From the human T2T-CHM13v2.0 reference genome, Homo sapiens, in NCBI RefSeq assembly GCF_009914755.1, contig NC_060937.1: a stretch of DNA of 64,000 bases, one strand, 5' to 3'. Shown in pieces: positions 50,896 to 64,000 of this stretch. Positions within the stretch are counted from its first letter, which is position 1; every line of letters starts with the position of its first letter. The notes under the pieces were generated by a model, which was given only the letters and a program-made list of their open reading frames with translations, was not told the origin of the DNA and searched no databases. Made by a program: the position numbers and the translations under genes.

Positions 50896-51947
50896 CTTTG
50901 TAGTGTTTTTTACTTACTCTGGCCCCATCTACTGCTCTCCAGATTAATACTGGCCCTGAAGACAACAACCTACTTTCTCAGTACAGATTTTTAGTACCAA
51001 GGGTGGCAGAAAGGACCTTCTTCTCAAAGAACTGTGGTTGTTTTGACCTTGCTGGTGACTCTGAGCTCAAAGGGCTTGTGCCTATTTTAACTAACTCAAA
51101 ACTTTCCTAGGACAAACACAACTACCCAGTGTAGGGGGCATTTGTGGAATATATTTAAAGGCAAATGAATTAGCCACTGTCAGTTGGGGTAAGGCATAAC
51201 TACCACTTGGGGTAAACAACAGATAATCCAAAAAGCTTAAGAAGAAAAGATGAGAAGTGAGGCATTTTAGGGAATAAGGGCTTTGAAAAGCTCCCACATA
51301 TTCCTGGGAATCTAGAAGGCCATGTACTTAACCAAGTCAGGCTGTATGCTCAGAAAAGACCTAAAAAAGCTGTTGCTTCTGGCTGACACCCAGACTCTAT
51401 ACAAGCAGGAAATGAAGACAAGGGCAGAATTATAAACAGCCTTAGTGTAGAAGGTATCCCAACACATACACAAAGATGGAGCATTTTTGTTGATGATGAT
51501 GATGTTGTTGTTCCAGATGTTTAAGGAAACGTCTGTTGAATCACTAGCTGACTACTAAACTAATGGAACAAAGACTTCAGTAGAATATAGATTTTACAAA
51601 ATTAGTGCAGAAAAGTCACTAAACAAACAACAGTTACAACAAGGAGCAGAAACAAACCTTGGGGGGGAGGGGGTGAAATATGATTACAGATTTCCCATAT
51701 TATATTATTTAAAATTTCTAATTTTCACAAAACCTATGAGACATACAAAGAAGTAACTGTGGCCTATACACAGGAAAAAAAGAAATTAATAGGAACAATC
51801 ATTGACAAAGCCTAGACATTGGACTTATTAGACAAAGACTTTATGTTAACTATTTTAAATATGCTAAAAGAAACAATGGATAAAGAACTAAAAACAAATA
51901 AGAACAATGTCTCACCAAATAATTAATATCAATAAATAGATGGAAGT

Positions 51948-64000
<12,053 letters not shown>

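Overview
Primate (human-like) genomic DNA, dense in Alu and L1 repeats. I recognise it from the protein sequences as the N4BP2L1 / N4BP2L2 tandem locus (13q13, next to BRCA2); the chromosomal position is recalled, not shown by the sequence. Both genes are on the minus strand. All five N4BP2L1 coding exons are present (25326 to 184; 732 nt = 243 aa; P-loop GLPGSGKT), with a CpG-island promoter at about 24.3-25.7 kb. The 3' end of the long N4BP2L2 isoform is also present: a 1739-nt exon, an 86-nt exon, a 45-nt exon and a terminal exon with AATAAA. Positions 47-64 kb are intronic nested L1s with Alus. The most interesting signals are: (1) an apparently decayed, multi-exon Rab/Ras-like GTPase remnant with a hydrophobic C-terminal tail inside N4BP2L1 intron 1 (about 18.5-20.0 kb); (2) a sense-oriented SNORA16-like retrocopy in the same intron; (3) a circRNA-prone N4BP2L2 exon whose back-splice would create a complete 551-codon ORF; (4) a dual-frame N4BP2L2 C-terminus next to an Alu target-site duplication that copied a splice donor; (5) a sterically exclusive alternative exon in N4BP2L1; (6) two templated insertions. 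Repeat boundaries and subfamily names were judged by eye and are approximate.
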